The notes under the pieces: model-generated
Told to the model about the DNA's origin: nothing
What the model saw: the letters and a program-made list of their open reading frames with translations, nothing else
Databases searched by the model: none
DNA from: Vicugna vicugna
Lineage: Eukaryota
Length of the DNA: 50,894 bases
Assembly (NCBI GenBank): GCA_013265495.1
Contig: MU058718.1
Coordinates: 3,247,779-3,298,672 of the forward strand
Reading direction: 5' to 3'
Translations under genes and position numbers: made by a program
Part shown: positions 38,725-49,989 of the stretch, piece by piece
Layout: every line of letters begins with the position of its first letter
How positions within the stretch are numbered: the stretch's first letter is position 1

Positions 38725-38860
38725 CCCTCATTTCACAAATACGAAAATCAAAAGTCCAGAGAAGTGGCAGTCACATTCCTAGTCGGGGCGGAGACAAGAT
38801 TCAAAGCCAGGTCCCTTGACTTCTGCCCAGAAGTCTCCTCACAACACTACAGCTTTGTCT
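38725..38860 (-). mobile_element. MIR SINE
   Basis: ccctcatttcacaaatacgaaaatc...gtcaca...agattcaaagccaggtc. Confidence 0.55.
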
Positions 38861-39764
38861 CAAATTCTAAATTTATATTGTAATTTTGCATACAGATTGC
38901 TATTTTTCAGTACCCATGCTGAAAACAAAAGCACAAGATCTGAAATCTTGTGGATTCAAATTGTCCCTGTTCCTGCCATGTCTCTCTGAGCCTGTTCACC
39001 TGAAGGATGTGTAATGCTATCAGCTATCATACATTATGATTAGACTAGATGAATTATCACAGAACAGCACAGCTCCAATACTCAAAATGTTGAAAATGTT
39101 AGCTATGGAATCTTCATTAAAACTTTTATCAGTCTTCCTCATTTAAGTATTTAGACAGTATGAGACAGAACACTGCATCTTTTGTTGGAGTGATGAGATT
39201 CCAGTGCTTCAATGGTGGAGATGAATGACTGGGGTGGTGCCAGGGAGTAGGGTTCTCCAGGATGCTGATGCTGCACCTTATTCCCTCCTAAAGGACTTGT
39301 GGCTAAGCCTCCATGCTGAGCCCCTCTAAACCAATATAGAAACAAAAGGGGTCTGTTATAGGTAAAATGATCCTAATAGTTTCTCCAAGCCTCTGGTGTG
39401 ACAGAAAACTGATTATTCAGATGTCTACACGCAAGATCATGCGTTCTCTGAAATATCAAGTCTCTACACATTCAGCCTACTTTCAATTTTACGTATATAT
39501 CGTATTTCCTAATCAGTTAAAAACTTAAAATTTGTCATGTATAGTACAACATTAGAAAACAGAACCCATAATGAGCAGTATTTTTCTATCATCTCAAGTA
39601 ACAGAGAATGATGTGTATGACTCTACCCTTCTGATTACACGTCAAGTACATATAGTGACACAATTATTCATTTGAACACTGTTAAATACAACGTAATTAA
39701 GCATTTCTAAATACGCAACCCAAAATCACACTTGTCTTCAGCTTCAGTGAAGTGCTTAGAAAAG

Positions 39765-39770
39765 TTTATT
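39765..39770 (-). terminator. Candidate distal poly(A) signal of TMX1
   Basis: AATAAA on the minus strand, followed about 35 nt later by GT-rich GTGTGATTTTGGGTTGCGT. Confidence 0.6.
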
Positions 39771-40745
39771 TTGTGCTTAGAATATTTCCATCACAAAATT
39801 ATTACACATCCAAGCTCTTCAATGGTAGAATATTTAATATTCTAAAGGAGAAGCCTTTAAAGAAAACTGGTGTACATTATGATACTGTAAGTTTAATGGA
39901 TTCACACAGCAGAAAATCTAGACAAAAGGGGACATTACAGAAGTCATCTATTACCATAATGGAGAGGTGTTCTATTCTGAATATTTATGGTTTTTCCCCT
40001 TCCTGTAGTTAATACAGTTCTTTACTGCCACCCTACGTGTCCACCCACTCCCCTCCCTTTTGCTGTAAGGTAAAAACTCTATCCTAACGCTTTAAGGAGT
40101 AAAAATATATTAAATGTCCCATCTTGCTGATACCCATCTGTGAGACATCACACAATAAAAAGTATAATAGAATACGGTTTGTCTTTTCAAAATCTAAGAC
40201 TGTTACAAGTTTAAAACATCAAGCATACACTGACTTTTGTAAAATCAATTAAGAACTTTCTGTATGAAGACAAATATACATTGAAAACATATATTACAAG
40301 ATGCTTTTTCCTGAGTAGAATGCTTCTGTTAACTTTCAAAATGTAAAATACCAAGGCTTTTCCACAAAATCAAATGAAAACCAGGAATGTTCACCTTCAC
40401 GTCCAGAAAAAAAAGTTCAAGTAGACGTTCAACAAGAATGATGTAAAATCTGAGACAAGTGGCCAAGATTTTAAATTACCAGTAGACAGCTCTTCAGTTT
40501 TAAGGATCCCTCAGTAAACTTCAGTTTGAAACAACAAAAAAAGTACTACTACTTATTAAAATATGAAAAACATTTCCAGGAAATTATCCAATTTGGAAAA
40601 TGAAAAATGTAACCCATGGTATGAAGAACAGAGAAGAAAAAAGGCAATCAACCTTTATAGGAATCAAGACAATACCATGGACTTTAAAAAAAAAATTTCC
40701 TAAACATATCCTGTATTATCATGTGTAGAAAACTGTAAAGTAGTT

Positions 40746-40751
40746 TTTATT
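40746..40751 (-). terminator. Candidate proximal poly(A) signal of TMX1
   Basis: AATAAA on the minus strand with T-rich sequence downstream. Confidence 0.4.
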
Positions 40752-41259
40752 AGTTGCATAATCTAAAAATATGAAGAAATTTTGGACTTTATCTCTAAAA
40801 CGAACAGAGTTGTCACTGAAACACACATTTGAGACAGTGGGCAAAGTTCCCATTTATGGGAAATATGTTCTTTTTTTTTCACACAGTGAAACTGAGAAAA
40901 ATTGTATCAAATGAGAAATCTTTTTCTCTAGTCTCCTTAAATATTTCAATAATGCAATAGTTGGGTAATTATTCAATTTAGATTTGAAAAGGTTATTACT
41001 AAACAAACATACAGAAATCGTATTGCTTGGCACCAGATTTTTCAAAAATTAAAGAACTGTTTGAACCACCATATTGTTCTTAAATCCTATTTCAAACTTT
41101 CTTAGTAGTGCTACTTCTATTTTTTGTAGGTAGACTGTTCAATCTGATGACAATCTAGGCTGAATCCTGTAATGTATAAGCAAGTCATAGTTCACTTCAA
41201 ACCAAAAGAAAATCATCTTGTTTTTGCCAAAATCATATGAAAATATTTGCAAAAATTAA

Positions 41260-41438
41260 CTAGGATTTATCTGTGGCCAATGAAGGACCCACAGAACGTT
41301 GTCTTATGGCATTCTGTGCAAAGTCTTTGTCTGGTCCTTCTTTGCTTTCAGCTTCCTCTTCTGAAACATCTTCTTCATCAGCCTCTTGTTCCTCCTCCAC
41401 TTTTTTCAAAGGTTGAGAAGATTCTGGTAATAATTTTT
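41260..41438 (-). CDS. TMX1: TMX1 exon 8 coding part (179 nt), acidic cytosolic tail and stop
   Basis: ctttaag|AAAAATTA...AAATCCTAG; encodes (K)KLLPESS...RQRSVGPSLATDKS*. Confidence 0.97.
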
Positions 41439-44400
41439 CTTAAAGATAAAGACCAGAAATGTATTTTTTGCTGACATATTAGATTGGTGTTAGAGTAGAA
41501 TCAAGAAATGATTCATATGCCCACAAACTGCTTTAGCATTTACTTATCAATCACATTTGGATTTCCAAAAGGGAAACGTTATTTTCAAAAATAAGTGATG
41601 CTGTAAAAAGACCCGGTTTGGAATATCCATTTTACTTACCAAATCCACTCTAATTACCAACCTATTCATAAACTGAACTGAAATTAATGAAGCAGAATTA
41701 ATGCTGTGAATATGGATGTTTTAAGAAAATACACTGCATTATATACAACTATCATATTAATTTGCTGGTAAATCTTCTAGCTAATAAGTTATTCTGAAAC
41801 AAACTTCAACATCACTCACTTCAGTTCCCAGGTGAACAGGAATCAGACAGTTAAAAGTTATTTTCCTATCCATATTTTTCTCAAGTTATTTCATAAATGT
41901 GCTTCCTCTTTCCCATATATATAATTTCATTAAGGTATAATTACTAGTATAATGTATGCATCTTAAGCGTACAGCTCAACGCATTTTTTAATATGTAAAT
42001 ACACACATCTACCTCTCCCTCTATTTTTTGCTAGTTAACTTAAGTTTACACTATAGCATGTTACTGACATACAGAACACAGGATTTGGTAAATGAATTTT
42101 CCACTGTTCAGTGATCCCAGACTGCTCCTAATCCTAGGCAATTCAGCTTGGAGCAGGAAGATCACAGGGGTGCAAGGCAGAAAACTTATGGGAAGGAATT
42201 ACCACACAGTAGACAATCTGCTGTTTGGTTTGCCTGGCATTCCTCTTTCTGTTGGGTTAATAACCCCTTTTCTACACCACATCCCATGTGGTTGTGCTGA
42301 GCACAACAGTTTACAGCAGTGGTTCTCCGCCAGGGGTGACTTTGCCCCCAAGGGAACACTTGGCAATGTCTGGAGATATTTTCGGTTGTTACAACTGAGA
42401 GGGGTGATGCTACCGGCAACCAGTGGGATGCCGCTGAACATTCAATAATGTATAAAAGACAGTTCGTCACAATTAAGAACTATCCAGCTTAAAAGGCCAG
42501 TAGTGTCAAGGCTGAGAAACCCTGGTTTATACTGACTGTTTCAAAAAGTGAGCTCCTTACAACAAGGGGAGTACATCAGAATTTATCTAAAAGATAGGTG
42601 GGTGTAGGGAGAAGTATATTTTCTTCTTACTCTGGGATTATGAGCTATAGCTTTCATAGTCATTTTATGCTCAGGACTGAAAAGAGTCAAAAATGGAGCA
42701 TGCAGAGTCACAGAGAACTGAGCAATTCAGAAACATAGCATCTTAACGTTTGAGCCCCAGGATCCAGTCAAGTCTGGCCTCAGACTTCCTCACTACATGA
42801 ACCAATAAATTTTTATTCTGCTTAAAGCTAGACTGAGTTCAGTTTTTCCTCAGCAACTCAAAATCTAAGCGAAATACACATAATGGAAGACAACTCAAAT
42901 CATGCAGCCTGCTATAGAAGGGGCAGTACCCCACTAAAGTATGGATTATTATCAGCTGTGCCACAGGTTACTTAAAAGATAAATCTGTTGTTAGTTTTGA
43001 GGTTTTTGAAGTGAAATTAATATAAAATTTAAATTCACCAACTTTTAAATCATCTTTTAAGTAATCTGTGCTTATTACATTTTTCCCTACAGTTCAGGGG
43101 CCCTTGGTAGATAAAATTCTTCCCTCCCCCAATGTCCTTTTTAGTATCAATGCAACTATCTAAGAAATTTTTTAAAAACCCTATCAGTTTTTTGACAGAC
43201 AAGGAATACTGTAGGTGTAATCTCTACTGATTTCATTTCAGGAATTTTGACCTCAGTAAGACCTAGGTCACAAAAGGCAGAACAGGAACGTCAGGAATTA
43301 TGTTCTACTCTCAGTTCTGTCATTTCTGTGTGAATTTGGAAAAACAGCTCATCTCTCTGAGCCTCAGTTTCTTCAACCACAAAATGGGAAGAATATCACT
43401 TATGCAGTCTACTTTAGAGTGTCGCTGAAAAGCAAATGAGATGAAAGAAAGTGAAAGTTCTTAATAAACAGCAAATACGAGGGCCTTCGTAACGGTATAA
43501 TTTTCAAGATTAAAAACAAATGATTGGTAGATAATTATATTTAGACAGACAGCAGTGAATATTCCAACTATATAAACTCATCTTTTAGCACAGTGTCAAT
43601 GCCAGTCCTAAAGCAGCTACAGGAATTGCTTTTCCCAATATCCTAACAGAAAATTTTTGATTTCATCAGCACACAAAGAAAAACCTTCAAATATGGTCAC
43701 TGTATCTGTGAATGTCTTCAAGAGTGGAATACATTCAACTTTTTTCGACCCAAGTATATTCTCAAATGGATCCATGAATATCATGAAGTTTTCAAATAAA
43801 CTGACATCAGGTCAATGTTATCAAATATCTGTAAGTCATATGCAGTGTTAAAACTCTCCACACTATAAAAACCAAGGAAAAAACTACATTCCTAAATACA
43901 CTGGGCTGTCATTTTTACATGAAATATAAACCGCAATTCCCCCACCACTCCATACTTAGAAACCTAAGCTAGAAAGGCAACCTGCTATATGTGTGATTGT
44001 GTTTACAGATATGAACAGGACTATAGTGAATAAAAATAAACATTTTAAAACGTACTTACTGGAAGGATATGGCTGAGGTCTGCGCCTTTTTGAAGGACAA
44101 AGGCAATCTGCCACAAATATCATGCACTGCAAAAATAAACATAAGAAATATGAATACATACTATAAAGCTAGTGCAACTGTACTAGCAAATTCTAAAATA
44201 TTTTTCTTCCTAGTACTCTGAAAATGAAGTACTTACAAGTCCTAATAATAGTCCTGAAAGCAGAGTTGCTAAAGCAAACACTGTATATGATCCCCAAACT
44301 GGCAATCCAAGGTCTTCAATAAAATAGTTATGGCAAGTCTAAAATCAAAAGAAAAAAGTAAACTAAAAACTTGGTCATTTTTTAAAAAGTGACAGTATCA

Positions 44401-47400
44401 AAAATGTTTAAAATAGAAATAAAATTTTAGCCCATACCCTGATCCACATAGACAGCTGAAAGAGTGCTGACATACTACTCATCCTAAAATAAGAGAAATG
44501 ATTGAAAAACCAAGTAAGAGACACAGCTTTGAAGTACAATACGTGTGTTATCTCTATGTTCTATTTTTTTACTCTCTAGTTTCCCCAACACAACAGATTT
44601 TATTGCTGGTGTTACTGAGTATTAGTGATACATCATTGATTTCAAGGACATAATAAGGCTTGTTAATGAAAATTAATAGTTTCTGAATTTTTGCCACTAT
44701 GTGATGTCCTCGTAAACAAAACACTTAACAGGTCACGAGCTCTATGGAACCAGCTGGTTTAAAGTTAGACACACTGTAAGCAAATGGCAACTCTTATTCA
44801 CCCTTAAAACCCTCCAAAGAATGAGTAGAGAAGGGAGCCTGAAGGAAGAACCAGGAGCACTTGGTGAGCTAATCCTTCCCACGTAAGAATTACCCTCCTT
44901 TCATATTCAAATTAAACAGAACTTACAATAGCATTAGTTTGATATAGTTCAATGACACGCAAAATAATTACCAAAGAAATAAATGCTAAGTCATCATGTA
45001 ACTAGAACTAATTATTTCCACATAATTAAACCCAAGCCCTTTAGATGGGCAGTTAGAAAAAGGCATGCTCCAAACATTAGGTTTGTGGGTTCTCCCCAGC
45101 AGAAGTGGTGCCACTAACATAGGCCAATTCACACATCAGCCGGAGTACCGTATGCAGGATGGCCTAATCCAGTCACCACTCGCTGGGTGGGTGAACCTGT
45201 CAAGCTGACCCTGGGAGCACCCCTTACTCAGGCTTCCAATAAAAAGGTACAGACTGCTGCCTGAGGATTCACTGAAAGACAAGCAAGCCTCTTCTTCTAC
45301 CAAAGAAGGTAAGAATCACTTATGACATGAGATTTCAAACAAAAATCAGTTACATTTTCAGTTCAACAAAGAAAGATACCTTAATCATGTTGCTTCTGTT
45401 GTTAAAATGCAAAACAAGAATAGGAATAAGGAACTGAAACATAAATCATTGTGCAGCCTCACTGAGGTCTGTGCTAATTAGATTCCATCAGGAACACCAG
45501 CTGCCTTAACTGGGTTGGGCATGATGGTTCGGGGGGAATTCTGACAGCTAAAGTGCAATCCAATTCAGAGGTGTAAGGAAAAGGTGCTAAAGATAAACTT
45601 CTATTTCAAAGTACTGCTTAGGGCTGATCTTTCCCCCACTCCCAGAATCCAGAGCATTTTTATCTCCTATACGTTGGTGCCCAACTCCCCACCCTCTAAG
45701 GGCAAGTGTGGTGAGAGGACAGTAAGAGATAACTTAGCCACACCAGGATGAGTCCATGGTGACTGCAGCAAAATTCACTATTCCCAGAAGCCTCTCAAAT
45801 GGCCTGTGAGGCCTTACTCCCTAAGACAGTATCAGAAAACACATTTGCCCTGCTCAATCCTTACTGCTCCACAGCAAGTTGCTATGGAGGAATATACCCT
45901 CTACCGATACATCAAGCTCAGTCGTCAGGCATGCCACTGCTCATCCACACTACTCACAGCAAAAGTGATCAGACAGGTGGAGTAATTCAATCACATTAAA
46001 TCTAGAACTGAAATCTAAAGCTAGCATGAGTAAGTATATGTTTGAGGCTTCTCATTCAAATATTAAGCTCAAATGATAGCCATACCCATTATATTTCTCA
46101 CATTCTTAGGGGGATTATTTAGCTTTTCATGATACAAATGACCCCACCTGCAGAACTAAAATACTCCTGGAAAGGCTTTCATCTTAATGTTAAAGACTGT
46201 CTCCTCCTGGTTTAACAGGGATCCAAGTATGTGCGTCACTTAGAAGATAAAGTCAAACTAAAGATATCACGTAGTATATCTGAACATATCTCATGAGTCC
46301 AAGAATTAAAACTAAGCATAAATGCTTTACTTATATGAAATATAGTTGTGTTCCAATTAATTCTGAAGTAAATAAAAGAAAAACCCCTCATACTTACAAA
46401 ATAGAACCTGGACCAAACCATGATGAAACAGGTTCGATACTCTTCCACTCTTTTTCACTCACAAAGTTTATGAAGTCGTTCTTAGTCCTTGGGCCCTGAT
46501 AGCGCCTAAATTCACCATCTTTACAACTAAAGAAGATCAGAATTAAATATTAATCAGTACCAAATAAATAAATTTTGTATTTGTTTTACTATTTTTAGAA
46601 ACTCATTTTACAATCGATCTAATATTCAAAATCATCAGCAATGCACAAGTGGCAAATTATACTAATTACCTACCCTTGGCATTTTAGCCCCATATTTAAT
46701 TAAACACTGAGGTTATATTTTTAAACAATCATAAGCCTTAAGAATGTTATTATTACTCTTCCAAATAATAAGACTATAAAATACAGCAAGTAGTTATATG
46801 TCAATTATATCTCAATAAAACGGGGTGGGGGAAGAAATGAGATAAATCTCAGAATATCACTTTTAAGCCACAACACACATATTGAAGAAATGACCTCATA
46901 AAAAGTGGTTAGAATCATGTCTGGCATTTATTATTAGCTATTTACACATTAAACATGTAAGGCATTTTTCTGGTATTGCCAGTCATAATCACATCATCTC
47001 AGCCTCCAGGCTTTAGGACTTTGTTTTTTTAATTTATTTTTTACTTTTGGTGGGGGAGGTAATTAGGTTTACTTATTTTTTTGATGGGGATTGAACCCAG
47101 GACCGTGTGCATGCTAAGTACATCTCTCTCCCACTAAGCTATCCCCTCCTGCCACAGTCATCATGCTTTAAATCGCTGGAGGCATCTGGTACAGGGATTC
47201 TGTTTTACAGCCTACTTTGCATTCTTCCTGACGTCCACCTCCTCCTTCCCATTCCCAACATACAGAGCTCTGTCACAGGGTCATAAATGCTCTCCCGGCT
47301 CCCACACCTTCATCATTTCCAAACGACCTTAAATAATATGCCAGTCTAATTCTACTTCATTAATACTTCTGTTTTTATCACTTAAATAGGAAAACTTTCA

Positions 47401-49989
47401 ATAGCTCCCTACTATCTATAGTTAGAGGACCCTTTATTCAACCAGAGCCAAAGCAGAGTTTTGTGGAGAAAATGGCATTTGAGCTGTTTTTGAAGGATAG
47501 GTAGAGCTACAGCAGGTAGAAATTAGGGGAATGGGCATGACAAACAATGTGACTAAAAGAAAAAGGGCAGGAAATCCCAGAAAATTTCAGGCATGTTGAG
47601 AAAAGGGGGAGGCTAACTAGAGGGGATATGGAGAAAAGGACTTCGTGAAAAGGGAGAAAGCACTTATAGAGACAGAGAAGATACATGTAAATAGGTGCAA
47701 AGGGGGCAGGAGTGAATTAAAAAGGTATAGGGAAACAGACACAAACATGGGGGAAAAAACCTGACGAAGAAAATCAAGATATGCACAGAACAGCCGACGT
47801 GTTGTTTTCTTAACTCTAAATGAGGAGAGAAGTACCTCCTGGCATTCATTCCCACCAGCCAGATGAACATTAAAGTTCAGGGTATATACACAGATTTAAG
47901 ATTTCTTATGGCCTGTTTAGAAGATAAAGACAAGCTAAAAAACCTGATACTAAAGACTATATAATCTTGTTCATTCTGACTTAACAACCACTTCACCTAC
48001 TACTGTCCCCAGAAGTGAGCTACAGCACTTTCTCAGTTAACATAACATGTTCCTATTTATGACTGTTTATGAGACTGTCCTCAGGATGGAATGCTTACTA
48101 TGCACTCCTGAAAATTCTACCCCCACGGTTGAGTTTTAACCCCATATTCTCCAGGAACCAGGCCAGTGCGCTGAATTTTGTTCCCTTACCAAATTTCCTA
48201 CAGTGCTTACCACATCTCCGGGCTCATAATCACTTACTATGCTGAATGGTATCACACTGTTTCTTGTGCACATCATCTTCTAAACAGTTACAAATCTTTG
48301 AGATCAGGTTGTTTCACACGTCATTCACCTATCTAAAGGCACCTAGGACAGCACTAAGAGCACAGTAAGCCTTCCAATACACTTACTGAATATAATGCTC
48401 TTTAAACACGACCTAGGCCAGGGGCCTACTATTCTCATTATACCATCAGGCATCCTACAGAATCTTCAAATACTTACTGATAAATAGTAGGAAGAGCAGT
48501 TATGATAAATCGTCCACTTAGTCCTACAAATGATAAAGAAAGATCAGAAATAAACAGAAGAAAAAACACACAACAGGTGTTATATGGGCCAATCACTTAC
48601 TACTTAAAAGTTGATTCTGATTTAAAAACCAATAGACAAAGAATATGAAATTATACCTAAAAAATAGTTGAGCTGTGTAACATAAACAATGAAAGAAATT
48701 ACAATTATGTACTTAAGCAACTTAAAAAAACTACTATACATTATCTCAACTATAAACCACGTAAAGTCTGAATATTGACGACATTAGCGAATATATATAA
48801 ATAAAACATCTGATCAACTATACCACTATAAGATTACTAGTGATGAGTTATGGGACAGAACAATATAACTTAGGCCTAAAATCAAATGAACTTGCATCTG
48901 ACAATCAGAAAACAAACACAGTTTTTAAGATATTATTAAAAATGGAAAATATTATGAATCTTTCATAAAGTGGACTATAACAACATCAGCTAAAATTATT
49001 AGCCATGTGTTAAACACTAAAATAACTAAGGACTAATTAATGCCTCAGTTTTCTTATCTGTAAAATGGGGGTATTACCTCTTCCACAAGGTTGCATAAGG
49101 ACTACATAATAAATGCAAAACTTGGAGCAGTACCTGTAATAATCAGTGCTCAACAAATATTAGTGATCATTACCATTTGGGATAGGGACAGAGTCAAGAT
49201 CCAGGTTTACTGTGACCAAAAACAGGTAAGATAAGGCTGGTCTAAGAAATAAGCATCCATAAGGGCCGGGCTTGCCACTTGTCCAGGAGGCCAAAACCAT
49301 GAGGGCTTTGTAATTAAGAGCCCATGGCCTCAAATCATAATTAATGGATTAAATCTGGAATCCAATTACAGGGATTCAGATCACTTGTCAGGGACTGTGA
49401 CCTTGACTCTACAAAGACTCTCAACCACATACTCCTTATTCTAAAGCTTGGTATGGATGCAAATAATGGCTTGGCCAACACCCACATGGACCACAGTGTG
49501 CTAGGACTTCTCACAGAGGTCTTACATACCAGTCTGTGGCCTGAGATGCAAAGGAAAAAAGATAGGAGGCAGTTATGTGGGAAAGAATGGAGGGAGAGAG
49601 ATGTTTCCTAGGTTCTTAAGAGCAATATATAAAAGATTAAGCTGCATACACAACCAGGGAATTAGCTTTTCGCAGGCACTGCACACTGAGTTCCCATCAG
49701 AGAGGCGTGTGAGTTAGCTTAATCAAATGAAGACAGTTATGTTTTTAAAACCTAGTGAAAGGCAGAGTTAAGATCATGTAATATCAGTTAAGATCATGTA
49801 ATATCATGTAAAACAGGATAAAGAGACCATCCCAAACTGTAAAGAAACAAAACTGATCAAAGACTCACAGTACCTGGCTGCTCTGTGACATCTACTTTTG
49901 CAATATTGACCTCAAGATCTTCTCCCCATTCAGCAAAACTTTCCCATTCTGGTTGAAGATTCTGACAAGCGGGACACCATGGAGCGTAA
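41260..49989 (-). CDS. TMX1: Thioredoxin-related transmembrane protein 1, 5'-partial (exons 2-8; exon 1 outside window)
   Basis: Exons 49989-49874, 48523-48478, 46526-46398, 44483-44438, 44338-44237, 44126-44060 and 41438-41260 (685 nt) join in frame at GT-AG junctions: YAPWCPACQNLQPEWESFAEWGEDLEVNIAKVDVTEQPGLSGRFIITALPTIYHCKDGEFRRYQGPRTKNDFINFVSEKEWKSIEPVSSWFGPGSILMSSMSALFQLSMWIRTCHNYFIEDLGLPVWGSYTVFALATLLSGLLLGLCMIFVADCLCPSKRRRPQPYPSKKLLPESSQPLKKVEEEQEADEEDVSEEEAESKEGPDKDFAQNAIRQRSVGPSLATDKS*. This shows the CPAC site, TM helix, DCLC, acidic tail and RQR motif of TMX1. Confidence 0.98.
42317..42524. mobile_element. MER20 hAT-Charlie MITE in TMX1 intron 7
   Basis: cagtggttctc...ttggcaatgtctggagatatttt...tgagaaaccctg; degenerate 8-bp TSD gtttacag / gtttatac. 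Confidence 0.88.
42640..42880 (+). mobile_element. MLT1-type LTR fragment in intron 7
   Basis: tttgagccccaggatccag...acttcctcactacatgaaccaataaatt...gcttaaagcta. Confidence 0.6.
43290..43480 (+). mobile_element. MIR SINE in intron 7
   Basis: tctctgagcctcagtttcttcaaccacaaaatggg. Confidence 0.75.
44060..44126 (-). CDS. TMX1: TMX1 exon 7 (67 nt)
   Basis: ttttgcag|TGCATG...TCCA|gtaagt; encodes CMIFVADCLCPSKRRRPQPYPS. Confidence 0.97.
44237..44338 (-). CDS. TMX1: TMX1 exon 6 (102 nt), most of the transmembrane helix
   Basis: attttag|ACTTGC...GGACTT|gtaagt; encodes TCHNYFIEDLGLPVWGSYTVFALATLLSGLLLGL. Confidence 0.97.
44438..44483 (-). CDS. TMX1: TMX1 exon 5 (46 nt)
   Basis: attttag|GATGAGT...ATCAGG|gtatgg; encodes MSSMSALFQLSMWIR. 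Confidence 0.97.
46398..46526 (-). CDS. TMX1: TMX1 exon 4 (129 nt)
   Basis: ctttag|TTGTAAA...ATTTT|gtaagt; encodes CKDGEFRRYQGPRT...WFGPGSI(L). Confidence 0.97.
47020..47150 (-). mobile_element. Vic-1-like tRNA-derived SINE in intron 3
   Basis: gggggaggtaattaggttt...ggggattgaacccaggacc...gcatgctaag...ccactaagctatcccc. Confidence 0.85.
48478..48523 (-). CDS. TMX1: TMX1 exon 3 (46 nt)
   Basis: tttgtag|GACTAAGT...TATCA|gtaagt; encodes (G)LSGRFIITALPTIY(H). Confidence 0.97.
49035..49170 (+). mobile_element. MIR SINE in intron 2
   Basis: tgcctcagttttcttatctgtaaaatgggg...gtgctcaacaaatattag. Confidence 0.8.
49766..49811. repeat. Perfect 20-bp tandem duplication plus a partial unit
   Basis: AGTTAAGATCATGTAATATC twice (49766-49805), then ATGTAA. 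Confidence 0.95.
49874..49989 (-). CDS. TMX1: TMX1 exon 2 (116 nt), contains the WCPAC active site (49965-49979)
   Basis: Acceptor tttcttag|TTACGCT and donor CCAG|gtactg; encodes YAPWCPAC...VTEQP. Confidence 0.97.

Larger units (their letters stand above)
39745..41259 (-). other. TMX1: TMX1 3' UTR (distal end inferred)
   Basis: AT-rich sequence with no recognisable repeats follows the stop. Minus-strand AATAAA at 40746-40751 and 39765-39770. The UTR may extend further. Confidence 0.65.

Noticed and set aside
45100..45315. Possible antisense exon in TMX1 intron 4 ending at AAG|GTAAGA
   Set aside because: Single motif with no other support.
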